A program made the translations under genes and the position numbers. From an uncultured virus (IMG/VR IMGVR_UViG_3300029985_000693) (lineage: Duplodnaviria; Heunggongvirae; Uroviricota; Caudoviricetes), in IMG/VR virus record IMGVR_UViG_3300029985_000693, positions 62,001-125,960 of that record: a DNA stretch of 63,960 nucleotides; one strand, written 5' to 3'. A model generated the notes under the pieces. That model did not search any database and was not told the DNA's origin. It was given only the letters and a program-made list of their open reading frames with translations. This document shows positions 20,442 to 29,629 of this stretch, piece by piece (within the stretch, counting starts at the first letter, position 1; each line of letters opens with the position of its first letter).

Positions 20442-20470
20442 TTGACTTCTATTGAAAATACCGGTAATAT
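20442..20470 (+). promoter_or_regulatory. sigma70-type promoter, leaderless spacing
   Basis: TTGACT-N17-TAATAT-N7-ATG. Confidence 0.75.
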
Positions 20471-20477
20471 ACCTTAT

Positions 20478-21062
20478 ATGAACAACAAAAAGCCTTTACT
20501 GGTTAACTTTATAGGGGCTCCAGCCAGTGGTAAGACCACCGTAGCTGCCCTCACCTTCGGTGCTCTTAAGGAAGCTTCGGTACCCTGCGAACTGCTTACA
20601 GAGGTAGCGAGGAAACACATAGTTGGTCTTAAATATGTTAATAGGTGGAGCAATCCCCCCTGGAATGGTATTTTAACCGATAGAGACCAGAACGATATCT
20701 ACATTGGCGAACTCTACCAAACAGAACGCTACGTTACGGTTTGTTCCCCAGAAACTGTTATAATTAGTGATTCCAGTCCAATAAATGCTATTATTTATAA
20801 CCGTAGGTTGTCTAGTGACAAAATCATAATTAACGACTGGTTAGCTTACTGTAATCCCTTGTTCTTCTACTCCACCCCGGTACCTAATAATTTGGACACC
20901 TTGGACTCCAACCGAGTCCACTCTATCGAACAAATACACAATGCAGACCGGGAGATCCCCGGAATTATAGAAGAGTTAGGGTTGGAAGTTATTACCCTTA
21001 ATGGTAATTCCAACCAACGCCAACTTCAATGTCTTCATGCAATATATGACAGGTTGGCCTAA
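20478..21062 (+). CDS. P-loop ATPase/nucleotide kinase (NadR/AAA_28-like)
   Basis: GAPASGKTT, TEVAR, ISDS; start reassigned to ATG 20478. Confidence 0.8.
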   Translation: MNNKKPLLVNFIGAPASGKTTVAALTFGALKEASVPCELLTEVARKHIVGLKYVNRWSNPPWNGILTDRDQNDIYIGELYQTERYVTVCSPETVIISDSSPINAIIYNRRLSSDKIIINDWLAYCNPLFFYSTPVPNNLDTLDSNRVHSIEQIHNADREIPGIIEELGLEVITLNGNSNQRQLQCLHAIYDRLA

Positions 21063-21067
21063 ACCAG

Positions 21068-22546
21068 TTGTTATCAATAGTAGAACCCACCAGGGTTAAT
21101 ATAGATGAAAACGCTCCCATAGATGCCATTCGTAAGTATTTGGCATTTAAAGACATGGGTGTTTTATATCAAATAAAACAATTTAAAGCCAACAAGTGGT
21201 TATTGAAGAAAATAACCAACGAAGAGTGGAGTGAACGCCTACACTCCCTAGAGGCTCAAGTTGACCGTTCTGCTTTGTTTGAAGACTCGAATGGGTACTA
21301 CACCTATAGTGGTTTAGCTGAAGATTTATCCCAGCAGTTTGGGCTGCATTTAACCAATACAATTAAATACACCAAACCAACTCCGTTGTCTTGGACCCAT
21401 ACTCCTCCAGATTTAAGGTACTTTCAAGAGGATGTAGTTAAGTTGTTTCTACAGCACAAACACGCTGCGGTTAATCTTGCCGTAGGTATGGGGAAATCCT
21501 ACATAGCCCTACATATAGCCCAAAGGCTAGGATTGAAAACCGTTGTAATGGTACCCTTTTCAGCTATAGCAAACCAATTGTACGCTACGTTCACTAAACA
21601 TCTCGGTAAATATAGGGTGGGCATGTTTGGGGACGGTCGCAAGGACACCAGTAAACTCATAACCATAGCCGTGGCTCAATCGTTGGTTAGGGTCGAGGAG
21701 GGAACACCCGAATGGGACGACCTGCAAGGGGTCAAGGTGCTCGTTTCAGATGAGTCCCATATGAACCCAGCCTCAACCCTGGAGGGTGTCTGTATGGGGC
21801 TCCTACGCAACGCAGAGTACCGTTTTGCTTTGTCTGGTACTCAGCTGCGTAGCGATGGTAGCGAAATTGTCCTTAAGGGTCTAGTAGGGCCTATTGTTTA
21901 CAGTAAAAACATACAAGACGGAGTTAGAGAGGGTTTTCTAGCCAAACCCAAGTTTATTGTATATCGCTATAACAGCCAAGATCCCTATCGCTCTGCCGAT
22001 ACCAACAAGATGACCCAAAAACATTTATACTTAAATCCGGATATAAACACCCTGGTTGCCAATATAGTAAACATCAGTTCTGGCAAGATGGGTCAGTCCG
22101 TTTTGGTGTTAATTGATGAGTTTGGTCAATTTAATATGATTTACCCTCAATTTACATCAAATTTCAAATTTGCCCATGGGGGAGCCACCAAGGCCAACAA
22201 AAAACACATTCCTCCTGAATTCTGGAAATCAGAACCATTGGATTTAATTGAAGAATTTAACCAGTTAAAGTTTCCGGTAATGGTTGGAACCTCTTGTTGC
22301 TCAACCGGAGCTGACTTTAAGGTGCCCAAAACCGTTATTTACCTAAGAGGGGGAAAGTCTGAAATAGATTTCACCCAAAGTCTAGGTAGAGGAGTAAGGA
22401 AATTTGATAATGGTACTTATAAGAAGGACTCCTTCACCTTTATTGATTTTTGGTGTCGGAACGTACCAGCCTTGGATCGTCACGCTAAGGCCAGAATAGC
22501 TTATATGAAAGCTATTGGTGGGGATATAAAGATTATTGATATTTAA
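21068..22546 (+). CDS. superfamily 2 DNA helicase (UvsW-like)
   Basis: AVGMGKS, DESH, SGT, QSLGRGVR. Confidence 0.9.
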   Translation: MLSIVEPTRVNIDENAPIDAIRKYLAFKDMGVLYQIKQFKANKWLLKKITNEEWSERLHSLEAQVDRSALFEDSNGYYTYSGLAEDLSQQFGLHLTNTIKYTKPTPLSWTHTPPDLRYFQEDVVKLFLQHKHAAVNLAVGMGKSYIALHIAQRLGLKTVVMVPFSAIANQLYATFTKHLGKYRVGMFGDGRKDTSKLITIAVAQSLVRVEEGTPEWDDLQGVKVLVSDESHMNPASTLEGVCMGLLRNAEYRFALSGTQLRSDGSEIVLKGLVGPIVYSKNIQDGVREGFLAKPKFIVYRYNSQDPYRSADTNKMTQKHLYLNPDINTLVANIVNISSGKMGQSVLVLIDEFGQFNMIYPQFTSNFKFAHGGATKANKKHIPPEFWKSEPLDLIEEFNQLKFPVMVGTSCCSTGADFKVPKTVIYLRGGKSEIDFTQSLGRGVRKFDNGTYKKDSFTFIDFWCRNVPALDRHAKARIAYMKAIGGDIKIIDI

Positions 22547-22555
22547 ATAAGATAC

Positions 22556-22583
22556 TTGACAATTGCTTTCTTTAGTATATACT
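22556..22583 (+). promoter_or_regulatory. sigma70-type promoter
   Basis: TTGACA-N16-TATACT, 10 nt from ATG. Confidence 0.7.
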
Positions 22584-22593
22584 GGTAAAAAAA

Positions 22594-22941
22594 ATGAATA
22601 TCGAACTAAAATTAATAGGTTATCACTTAACGGATGGTTCCAAGAAGGAATTTGAATGTCCTGGGTGTGGACTTTGGTATCCAACTAAAGAAAAAACCCT
22701 TAACTGTATCAAAAAGTTCCATTCAATGTCTAATGATTGGGAATACAAGAAGATAGAGGCTAATAATGGAGATATACTCCATATGGCTCAAGGCGTTGCT
22801 TCCAAGCCCAAATCAGAAGAAATTACCGATGAGTTCGACATAGTTAACAGTATGGCTAGTTCAGGAGAAGTTCCCCCAGAAGTAGTCAAAATACTCAAAA
22901 ACCGTATACCTAAAAAGGCAACAAAAGGAAAGAACGAATAG
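22594..22941 (+). CDS. hypothetical zinc-finger protein
   Basis: CPGC...C....H. Confidence 0.6.
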   Translation: MNIELKLIGYHLTDGSKKEFECPGCGLWYPTKEKTLNCIKKFHSMSNDWEYKKIEANNGDILHMAQGVASKPKSEEITDEFDIVNSMASSGEVPPEVVKILKNRIPKKATKGKNE

Positions 22942-22947
22942 ATATTA

Positions 22948-25215
22948 ATGGCTTCATCTCAAGACCAGCATTTTGCTAACTTTCAAAAGATACTATCCTC
23001 CAAGATAGTTGCCTATGGAGAGCACCAAGGCTCTGAAAAGGACTTTATTAAGTCTCAAAAGAAGCAAGTTCTTAAGCTTTCAAAGCTGGAAGAGATGTTT
23101 CGTAAGGAACTATTACGAACTCCTCATGGTTTGCAGGTCTACATGGAATTTATCAACTTCATTAGGGATGACCGAAAGAATATATTAGATGCCAGACCTT
23201 ACTTTCGTATAAGACAAGACGTGTTCACCAAGAAGGTATCCCCAGCCTTACGAACCAGGGATCCAAAGAACATACAAAAGTGTCATTTTAACTTTACCTT
23301 TATTTCATTTGCCATGAAATATGTAGTGTTATCACCCAATGACCCATTAACAGATATTTACGAAGAACTTAAAGAAGTAAGGAATAAGCTAATAGAAGTG
23401 AACACACCTTTGGCAATAGCCAGAAGCAGCCAATTCTATCGTAAAACTAAAAGAAATCACTTAACCCGCATGGACCTAATCCAGGTGGCGTTGGAAGGTT
23501 TGACTGCTGGAATAGACAAGTTTTGCGGTATTTACGACAATACCAAATACCGTCATATGCTTATAGGCAGAATTACGGGCAATCTAATTGAGGCTTATTG
23601 TATTGACGAAAACACAATATTAAACCCAATAGGCCAGCCTCCAAAGAAGATTTCAGAGTTTATTCCTGGTGATAAGATTTTAGGAATTGATGATTCTGGG
23701 GCTATTATAGAAACAGAAGTTGTAGCATTACACGATCATGGCGTCGTGGACGGCTATGAGGTTGAATTTGCCGATGGGTATAAGATAATATGCTCAAAAA
23801 ATCACAAATTCCTTACAGAAGAAGGTCAAATCCCAATTCACGAAATAGTATCCAGAGGCTTGGGTGTGCTTTGTGAGCCCACCAATGAAAACTGGTGGTT
23901 GGACAACTCATTGCCAAATGGTTCTACCGTCCAAGAGAAAGATGTATGCTCACAAAAAAGTATGTCCAATCTGCAAAACACTGGTATACGAGACCCGGCG
24001 CTCGAATGGGCTGAAACTAACCTTACATCAAACTCTAACCGAAGGATGGAAAAGTCTGTGCGGTCAGACTTTTCGAACACGTCGATTGTTTTACAGTCAC
24101 AGAAAAAACTGTCAGGTTTGTCAAAAAGCCATATTGGAGGGACTTGTCGCAAGGGCCAAGAATTGGCGGAACAAGAACATGGAACGTGTTCTAGAGCACA
24201 TGCGGAATATTTCGATAGCATTTCAGGAGTCTTTACAAAAAAGACCAGACCTAAAATCGAAACACACAGAAAAGGTGAAACAAGCTTCCATGGAATGGAG
24301 GTCGAAGAATCCAGAGGAATTCATCCTCAACATGAAAAAAGCCTGGGCCGCTCAGAAACCATCCAAGATGGAAGCGTGGTTACGGTCAAGCGGAACTATA
24401 ACCTGGGACGATGTTCAAATCAGATGCGGAAAGGAAAGAAAGCAGGTGGACTTCGTTTCTCCGGATCACAAAATATGGGTAGAAGTGGATGGGAGCTTTC
24501 ACTTCAAAGAAGTATCGACGAAGCCGTTGAAGCAGAGATTGCCAAAGATTCAGCAACGGGATGCCATGTTGAAGACGGAGGCCCTATTGAGGAAAGATGT
24601 GACTTTGATCCGATTAGCGGCGGATTGTTTCTATGCGACTGGCATACTAAAAGAGCCTTGGAGGGTGTGGCTATCAAACATGCTCCTCTCACCTCGACCA
24701 GGGGTTTGGTGTTGCGGAAAGTTGTACGATTTAGCCCCATGGGCACAAGAAGGATGTACGATCTTGAGGTCGCCCACCCCAAACATAACTTCCTTTTGCC
24801 TAACGGAATAGTTACTAGCAATTCCGAAACAATGGTTCATTTTTACCCAACAGACAAGAGAAAACTGTATAATGCAAACAAAGTAATGAATAAATGTCGT
24901 ACAGAGGATTTTCAAGAAATATCTGCCAGGGTAAATGATTTAGCTAAAGAGCATTTATACACCACTACCCCAGAAGAAGTAACACATTTAGTGGCAGCTA
25001 GTAATCTAATTAATGCCGACTTCTCACCTCCCGCCCATTCCGGTGATAACCAAACCAAGACTATACAAGATACGATGCAGTATGCCGATGTACCGGAAAA
25101 ACAACCAGATATAGGTTATGAAGCACATGAATTGAGCGGCAAGTTAGCACAAGCAATACGCAAATTAACAGTATTTGAGCAAAAACTACTAAGACTCAAG
25201 GGAATGGAATTTTAA
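22948..25215 (+). CDS. phage sigma70-family sigma factor interrupted by an intein
   Basis: Region 2 LIEVNTPLA...DLIQVALEGLTAGIDKF; spliced product about 347 aa, ending early in region 4. Confidence 0.8.
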   Translation: MASSQDQHFANFQKILSSKIVAYGEHQGSEKDFIKSQKKQVLKLSKLEEMFRKELLRTPHGLQVYMEFINFIRDDRKNILDARPYFRIRQDVFTKKVSPALRTRDPKNIQKCHFNFTFISFAMKYVVLSPNDPLTDIYEELKEVRNKLIEVNTPLAIARSSQFYRKTKRNHLTRMDLIQVALEGLTAGIDKFCGIYDNTKYRHMLIGRITGNLIEAYCIDENTILNPIGQPPKKISEFIPGDKILGIDDSGAIIETEVVALHDHGVVDGYEVEFADGYKIICSKNHKFLTEEGQIPIHEIVSRGLGVLCEPTNENWWLDNSLPNGSTVQEKDVCSQKSMSNLQNTGIRDPALEWAETNLTSNSNRRMEKSVRSDFSNTSIVLQSQKKLSGLSKSHIGGTCRKGQELAEQEHGTCSRAHAEYFDSISGVFTKKTRPKIETHRKGETSFHGMEVEESRGIHPQHEKSLGRSETIQDGSVVTVKRNYNLGRCSNQMRKGKKAGGLRFSGSQNMGRSGWELSLQRSIDEAVEAEIAKDSATGCHVEDGGPIEERCDFDPISGGLFLCDWHTKRALEGVAIKHAPLTSTRGLVLRKVVRFSPMGTRRMYDLEVAHPKHNFLLPNGIVTSNSETMVHFYPTDKRKLYNANKVMNKCRTEDFQEISARVNDLAKEHLYTTTPEEVTHLVAASNLINADFSPPAHSGDNQTKTIQDTMQYADVPEKQPDIGYEAHELSGKLAQAIRKLTVFEQKLLRLKGMEF
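23599..24822 (+). mobile_element. intein (408 aa) in sigma factor
   Basis: CIDENTIL...PGDKILG; CSKNHKFLT block B; MYDLEV..HNF block F; ends GIVTSN before Ser+1. Confidence 0.9.
23864..24811 (+). CDS. Vsr/DUF559-like homing endonuclease nested in +1 frame inside the intein
   Basis: CPIC, CQVC zinc motifs; KHTEKVK NUMOD-like segment; QVDF..PDHKIWVEVDGSFH...RD...LIR nuclease core; exact start uncertain (23864/23885/23942). Confidence 0.8.
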   Translation: MCFVSPPMKTGGWTTHCQMVLPSKRKMYAHKKVCPICKTLVYETRRSNGLKLTLHQTLTEGWKSLCGQTFRTRRLFYSHRKNCQVCQKAILEGLVARAKNWRNKNMERVLEHMRNISIAFQESLQKRPDLKSKHTEKVKQASMEWRSKNPEEFILNMKKAWAAQKPSKMEAWLRSSGTITWDDVQIRCGKERKQVDFVSPDHKIWVEVDGSFHFKEVSTKPLKQRLPKIQQRDAMLKTEALLRKDVTLIRLAADCFYATGILKEPWRVWLSNMLLSPRPGVWCCGKLYDLAPWAQEGCTILRSPTPNITSFCLTE

Positions 25216-25216
25216 T

Positions 25217-25612
25217 ATGGACAAACCTACTTTCGTTATAGATAATTTTACAGACGCAACGCCTGCTCCGGAATGGTTTAAATCACCTGAAGGTCCAGTT
25301 AATGGACAAACCAAAACTGTAGCTTTTACAGTGAATGGACAAATAGCGGTAGAACCTTTTCAGGCCACCACGACCCTTAAGACTGTTAAGAGGGGTGGTT
25401 TGAGGGTGTTAGACCAAACAATTAGCCTTATTAAGACCAAAGCCGTATTTGACTACAAGGATTCAGATCTAGAGGTTTGCAGAGGAGGAAGTATTTATCT
25501 CAAGGGGAATGTAGGATTCCAAGCTTGGGCCAAACAGGTTTATGAATACGAGGGGATTAAATTCGTATTAGTTCCAAAGACTGAAATCGTAATGGTTAAC
25601 AATAATGGCTAA
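25217..25612 (+). CDS. divergent GroES-like co-chaperonin
   Basis: NGQIAVEP, KT..RGGLRVLD mobile-loop-like, LEV.RG.SIYL, YEYEGIKFVLVPKTEIVMV align by eye with GroES. Confidence 0.65.
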   Translation: MDKPTFVIDNFTDATPAPEWFKSPEGPVNGQTKTVAFTVNGQIAVEPFQATTTLKTVKRGGLRVLDQTISLIKTKAVFDYKDSDLEVCRGGSIYLKGNVGFQAWAKQVYEYEGIKFVLVPKTEIVMVNNNG

Positions 25613-26624
25613 TTATTTAGTAGTTGGAGATTATCATGCGGTAGCTACGGAGTTGGACGAGTGCGCTCGTCTGATGGAGCGAATTTACAAACTCCAAGAA
25701 ACCGATAAGTGGGATGGTATTGTATTCTTGGGAGACCAATATCACTCATTTGCTAATATAAACGCATATGTAATGGATTTTTGGACTAAATCATTTTCTG
25801 AACTAAAGACAAGATTTAAGGATGTGATAGCTCTGGTTGGTAATCACGACCAACCTGGAGACAATACGGATGAAGTCAAGATCCACTCCATGATTCCTCA
25901 TAAATCACAAATTACAGTAATAGATAAGCCAACTATTATAGATAATATGCTGTTTATGCCTTATTATCACAAGGAGGAAACTTGGTTGAATCACTATAAT
26001 GAGCAAAATCACTCTTCATTTCATACAGTTGTAGCACATCAAACATTCCAAGGGTGCATGTACGAAAACGGATTTTACGCCAAAGATGGTTTTGGTGTAG
26101 AAAACGTCCAGCACAATATAATCAGCGGTCACATTCATAAATTCCAAGATCTACGTAACAATCAACATCCATACAAAATGATTTATCCTGGAAGTCCCCG
26201 TTGGAGAAATGTCAGTGATACAAATGAAGGTAAATCTCTTTTTGATTTACATGTAAATCAGGATACTTTCCAACTAGCAGAAGCGTTAGATACAAATGAG
26301 GTTTGCTCTAAAATGCATCATATTGAGTTTGTCGAACCAGAAAGCACCAACAAGTTTCTTCCTAAAATTAAGGATAACGATAGGATTGTAGTGGATATTA
26401 AAGGTTCAGAAGCTTATATTAAGTCTGTTTTACCAGAAATATCTACCTGGGCTACTAGAATCAGGGTGTTTCCACAAAATCAAAAGAAGGTAACCGTTTC
26501 CGAGCAAAAATCCATAGAGGAGAGCTTGAAGGATTTTCTTTCCAACATCAAGGCCCCCAACGGAACACATCCAGACTGTTTATTAAGTAACGTAAAACGG
26601 AGGTTACATGCAGAGGAAGAATAG
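25605..26624 (+). CDS. Mre11/SbcD-like nuclease (gp47-like)
   Basis: GDYH, LGD, GNHD, AHQT, SGHIH, YPGSP. Confidence 0.88.
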   Translation: MANYLVVGDYHAVATELDECARLMERIYKLQETDKWDGIVFLGDQYHSFANINAYVMDFWTKSFSELKTRFKDVIALVGNHDQPGDNTDEVKIHSMIPHKSQITVIDKPTIIDNMLFMPYYHKEETWLNHYNEQNHSSFHTVVAHQTFQGCMYENGFYAKDGFGVENVQHNIISGHIHKFQDLRNNQHPYKMIYPGSPRWRNVSDTNEGKSLFDLHVNQDTFQLAEALDTNEVCSKMHHIEFVEPESTNKFLPKIKDNDRIVVDIKGSEAYIKSVLPEISTWATRIRVFPQNQKKVTVSEQKSIEESLKDFLSNIKAPNGTHPDCLLSNVKRRLHAEEE

Positions 26625-26955
26625 AGAAGAACCAGAAGTAACACCTCAAGCTAAAGAGATTATTACCAAGATAAAATTGGCAATGGATCTCTTTAGACGT
26701 ACAGGTGTCTTACACGATGTGCTAGCAGAACAATTAAAGCATTTATGTAGGTTTTATCTATTGGACCAAATATCCAGACTAGACCGTCTTGAGTTGGATT
26801 ACGATTTGGAGGATCCCGATTACCCAAGGAAGGTAATCTTTATAGTAAACTCACCTTCAAAAACCATTAAATGTCCGCCGTTATTAAAGAAATTCACTAA
26901 ATACTTACTTGGTGAAGAGTTCAAAGTAATGGTAAAAGTAGAAAAGAAACCTTAA
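26608..26955 (+). CDS. hypothetical protein
   Basis: 115 aa ORF in operon. Confidence 0.6.
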   Translation: MQRKNREEPEVTPQAKEIITKIKLAMDLFRRTGVLHDVLAEQLKHLCRFYLLDQISRLDRLELDYDLEDPDYPRKVIFIVNSPSKTIKCPPLLKKFTKYLLGEEFKVMVKVEKKP

Positions 26956-26956
26956 A

Positions 26957-27655
26957 ATGACCACCCTGACCCTCCCAGATTCAAAACTAGCTCTATTGAG
27001 CGAAGGTGAACTAAAGGAATACGAAGATTTCCAACAATCGTTCCAAATGCCGCTGGCATACGATGTTGCGGAGGGATTCTACAAGACATTCGAAAAAGGT
27101 CGTACCTGCGAAGAGATATGCTCTGCAAACCTAGGTGTGGGGCTTGGATCTGTACTTGACGCTAGGATTAGGTTTAATTGGGATGCCCGGCGTGGACGCT
27201 ATGAGTCTATGTTGGAATCTACCATGAAGTCAAAGTCACTTCATTCTCAGGCTACTGCTCTGAGTTTCGTTTCAGATCTTATAAGTGTAACCCAAATGAA
27301 ACACCAAGAAGCCATTAATAACTATATGGCCACCAAGGATCCTAAGTTCTTAGAAAATACAATACAAATAACCAATGTTAGGGATTACAAATGCCTCGTG
27401 GAAATTCAAATGTTACTTTCTGGCCCTCCCGGTGGCCCCATACCGGTTCCCGGCAATACAGTTGTATATAATCAACAATTAGTAAATATGCCGGGAAATG
27501 GTCAGCCTCCCATTACGGTAACAATTGAACCCGAGGACCACCGTAAGTTCTTAGCCGAAAAGGCAGAAGAAATCAGCAAAGCAGACGAGGAGAGGGCTCG
27601 TGTAGCGGCAGCTGTAAGGAAACACAAAAAGAATGCAGAATCAGAGAATGGCTAG
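26957..27655 (+). CDS. possible terminase small subunit
   Basis: Directly upstream of terL; HTH-like segment ending FNWDARR followed by helices. Confidence 0.45.
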   Translation: MTTLTLPDSKLALLSEGELKEYEDFQQSFQMPLAYDVAEGFYKTFEKGRTCEEICSANLGVGLGSVLDARIRFNWDARRGRYESMLESTMKSKSLHSQATALSFVSDLISVTQMKHQEAINNYMATKDPKFLENTIQITNVRDYKCLVEIQMLLSGPPGGPIPVPGNTVVYNQQLVNMPGNGQPPITVTIEPEDHRKFLAEKAEEISKADEERARVAAAVRKHKKNAESENG

Positions 27656-29591
27656 TAAGAAACCAGTTGCAATAGCCCCCGCAGACCCTCTTAATCAATC
27701 CAAAGAGCGTCGGTATCTGTTTGTTCCTTGCCAATCCAAGAAGGAACTCAAAAACTGGATCCGAGTCTATTTGGGTTTAGATTATCCAGACGGAAGAGTA
27801 GATCCTTCTTCTAATTCAGATCCAATGAGTTTGCTTTGGGAATTATACAGTGCGGCTGTAGATCCAGACAGAGAATGGGAGCGTTTATTGGGGTATGCTT
27901 CACGATTCTCGTTTAAGACGCTATCCGCCTCTATTTTGGAGTTATTGTTTTTGATCCATCATGGTCGCAACATAGCCCATATGGCTGCCCTAGAAGCTCA
28001 AGCCCAAAACTCTCAAGAATATATCAAGAAGTTCCTTAAATTACCTATATTTAATGGATTCTTATTAAAAGATAACACTCGCGAGCTATTCTTTAGTCGT
28101 TACTTAGATCCAGTAACAAACATGTCCTTTACCGAAAAGGAAGTACCTCTCCTACCAACAGAAATAAGGGATAGGCTACAAAATTTAGTAAATTACATTA
28201 AAATCATTGTTGCCACTACGGCTTCAGCTAATGGTCTGCACACCAATCTGGTTGTATTGGACGAAGTAGATCTTATAACAAATAAAGAAGCCTACAATGA
28301 AGCAAAACTCATACCAACCGAAGAAAAGGGTTTTAGACCTATAACTTTTTTGACTTCTACCCGTAAATACTCTATTGGTTTAGTCCAAAAAGAAATAGAC
28401 GCAGCGGCTGAAACTGGTCTTGAGGTAAGACACTGGAATATTTTAGACGTTACCGAGCGTTGTACAGAGGCTAGACACCAACCAACCAAAACCAAACTAC
28501 CTATATATCGTTCTCAGAAACTACTCAAGGCTATTTCAGAAGAAGACTTTGAGCGATTGGATATAGCTTCCAAAGAAAAATACGTAAAAGATGAAGGGTA
28601 TTGGGGGTGCTTGAATGAATGTAAGTTATTTGCTGCCTGCAAGGGGAACCTAGTCAAACAAACCAATGGTTCTTCTATATTGAAGTCTATTGGCCATATT
28701 ATACAACAGTTCTCTATTAATGACCCAGAGAGAGCTAACGCTCAATTGCTTTGCAATAAACCCTCCAAAGAGGGTATGATTTACCCAAATCTTGATGCAG
28801 AGATCCATTTTAAATCAGCCCAGCAAATTGCCAATATGATTACGGGGGAGGAGTTCCCAGAAAAATACACCCAAAAAGAACTAATAGGATTGGCTCAATC
28901 TCTAGATTGTAGATTCGTGTCTGGTATGGATCATGGCTATACCCATAACTTTGCGGTATGTACTGGATTCATATATGGTAATAAGTTATTTATGATTGAT
29001 TCTTTTGCTGTTCCAGAACTAGAAATAAGCCAAAAGATCAATTTGTGCAACGATCGTATTAAACACCTAGACCCAACTATATATCCAGACCCAGCCGATC
29101 CGGGTTCCAGGAAGACTTTTATTAATCACGGATACAAATGTAAGGAATTCAAAAAAGGTCCCGGTTCTGTATTGGAGGGTATCAATGCAGTTAGAACCAA
29201 ACTCATGCCCTCTTTAGGTAGGGAACCAGAGGTTTATTTCATTAAGGACAACGATGGTGTATTGAATTTATTTGGAGATCTATCTAAATACCATTGGATC
29301 GTAGGTGTAGACGAAAAACCAACAGATGTTCCAGATGACGATAACGATGACAGTGCTGATGCCTTTAGATATCTTATTATGAATGAGTTTCCACTCAAAA
29401 AGAAGAACAGAAACGCTTCGGAAGGCTCCGAATTACCCTATCTTTACCAAGAAAAGCCAATTTCCGAGCCTACTGTTGAGAATTTCATCACAAATCGCCT
29501 AGAAGCACTGGGAGTTTCACGTTCAAATGAAGATTTAGACCAAAATACCAACAAAAACGACTCCAAGTCTAGCATAAAGTGGAGATTTTAA
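27648..29591 (+). CDS. terL: terminase large subunit
   Basis: SRFSFKT Walker A variant, LVVLDEVD, GMDHGY and DDSADAFRY nuclease motifs. Confidence 0.88.
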   Translation: MASKKPVAIAPADPLNQSKERRYLFVPCQSKKELKNWIRVYLGLDYPDGRVDPSSNSDPMSLLWELYSAAVDPDREWERLLGYASRFSFKTLSASILELLFLIHHGRNIAHMAALEAQAQNSQEYIKKFLKLPIFNGFLLKDNTRELFFSRYLDPVTNMSFTEKEVPLLPTEIRDRLQNLVNYIKIIVATTASANGLHTNLVVLDEVDLITNKEAYNEAKLIPTEEKGFRPITFLTSTRKYSIGLVQKEIDAAAETGLEVRHWNILDVTERCTEARHQPTKTKLPIYRSQKLLKAISEEDFERLDIASKEKYVKDEGYWGCLNECKLFAACKGNLVKQTNGSSILKSIGHIIQQFSINDPERANAQLLCNKPSKEGMIYPNLDAEIHFKSAQQIANMITGEEFPEKYTQKELIGLAQSLDCRFVSGMDHGYTHNFAVCTGFIYGNKLFMIDSFAVPELEISQKINLCNDRIKHLDPTIYPDPADPGSRKTFINHGYKCKEFKKGPGSVLEGINAVRTKLMPSLGREPEVYFIKDNDGVLNLFGDLSKYHWIVGVDEKPTDVPDDDNDDSADAFRYLIMNEFPLKKKNRNASEGSELPYLYQEKPISEPTVENFITNRLEALGVSRSNEDLDQNTNKNDSKSSIKWRF

Positions 29592-29629
29592 TCGTAAAAT
29601 AGCCAAAAGGCCCGCAATTTTAAGGAAAT

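Noticed and set aside
23838..24915. Minus-strand ORFs over the sigma intein (triple coding)
   Set aside because: Short, motif-free, and explained by stop depletion in the dual-coded segment
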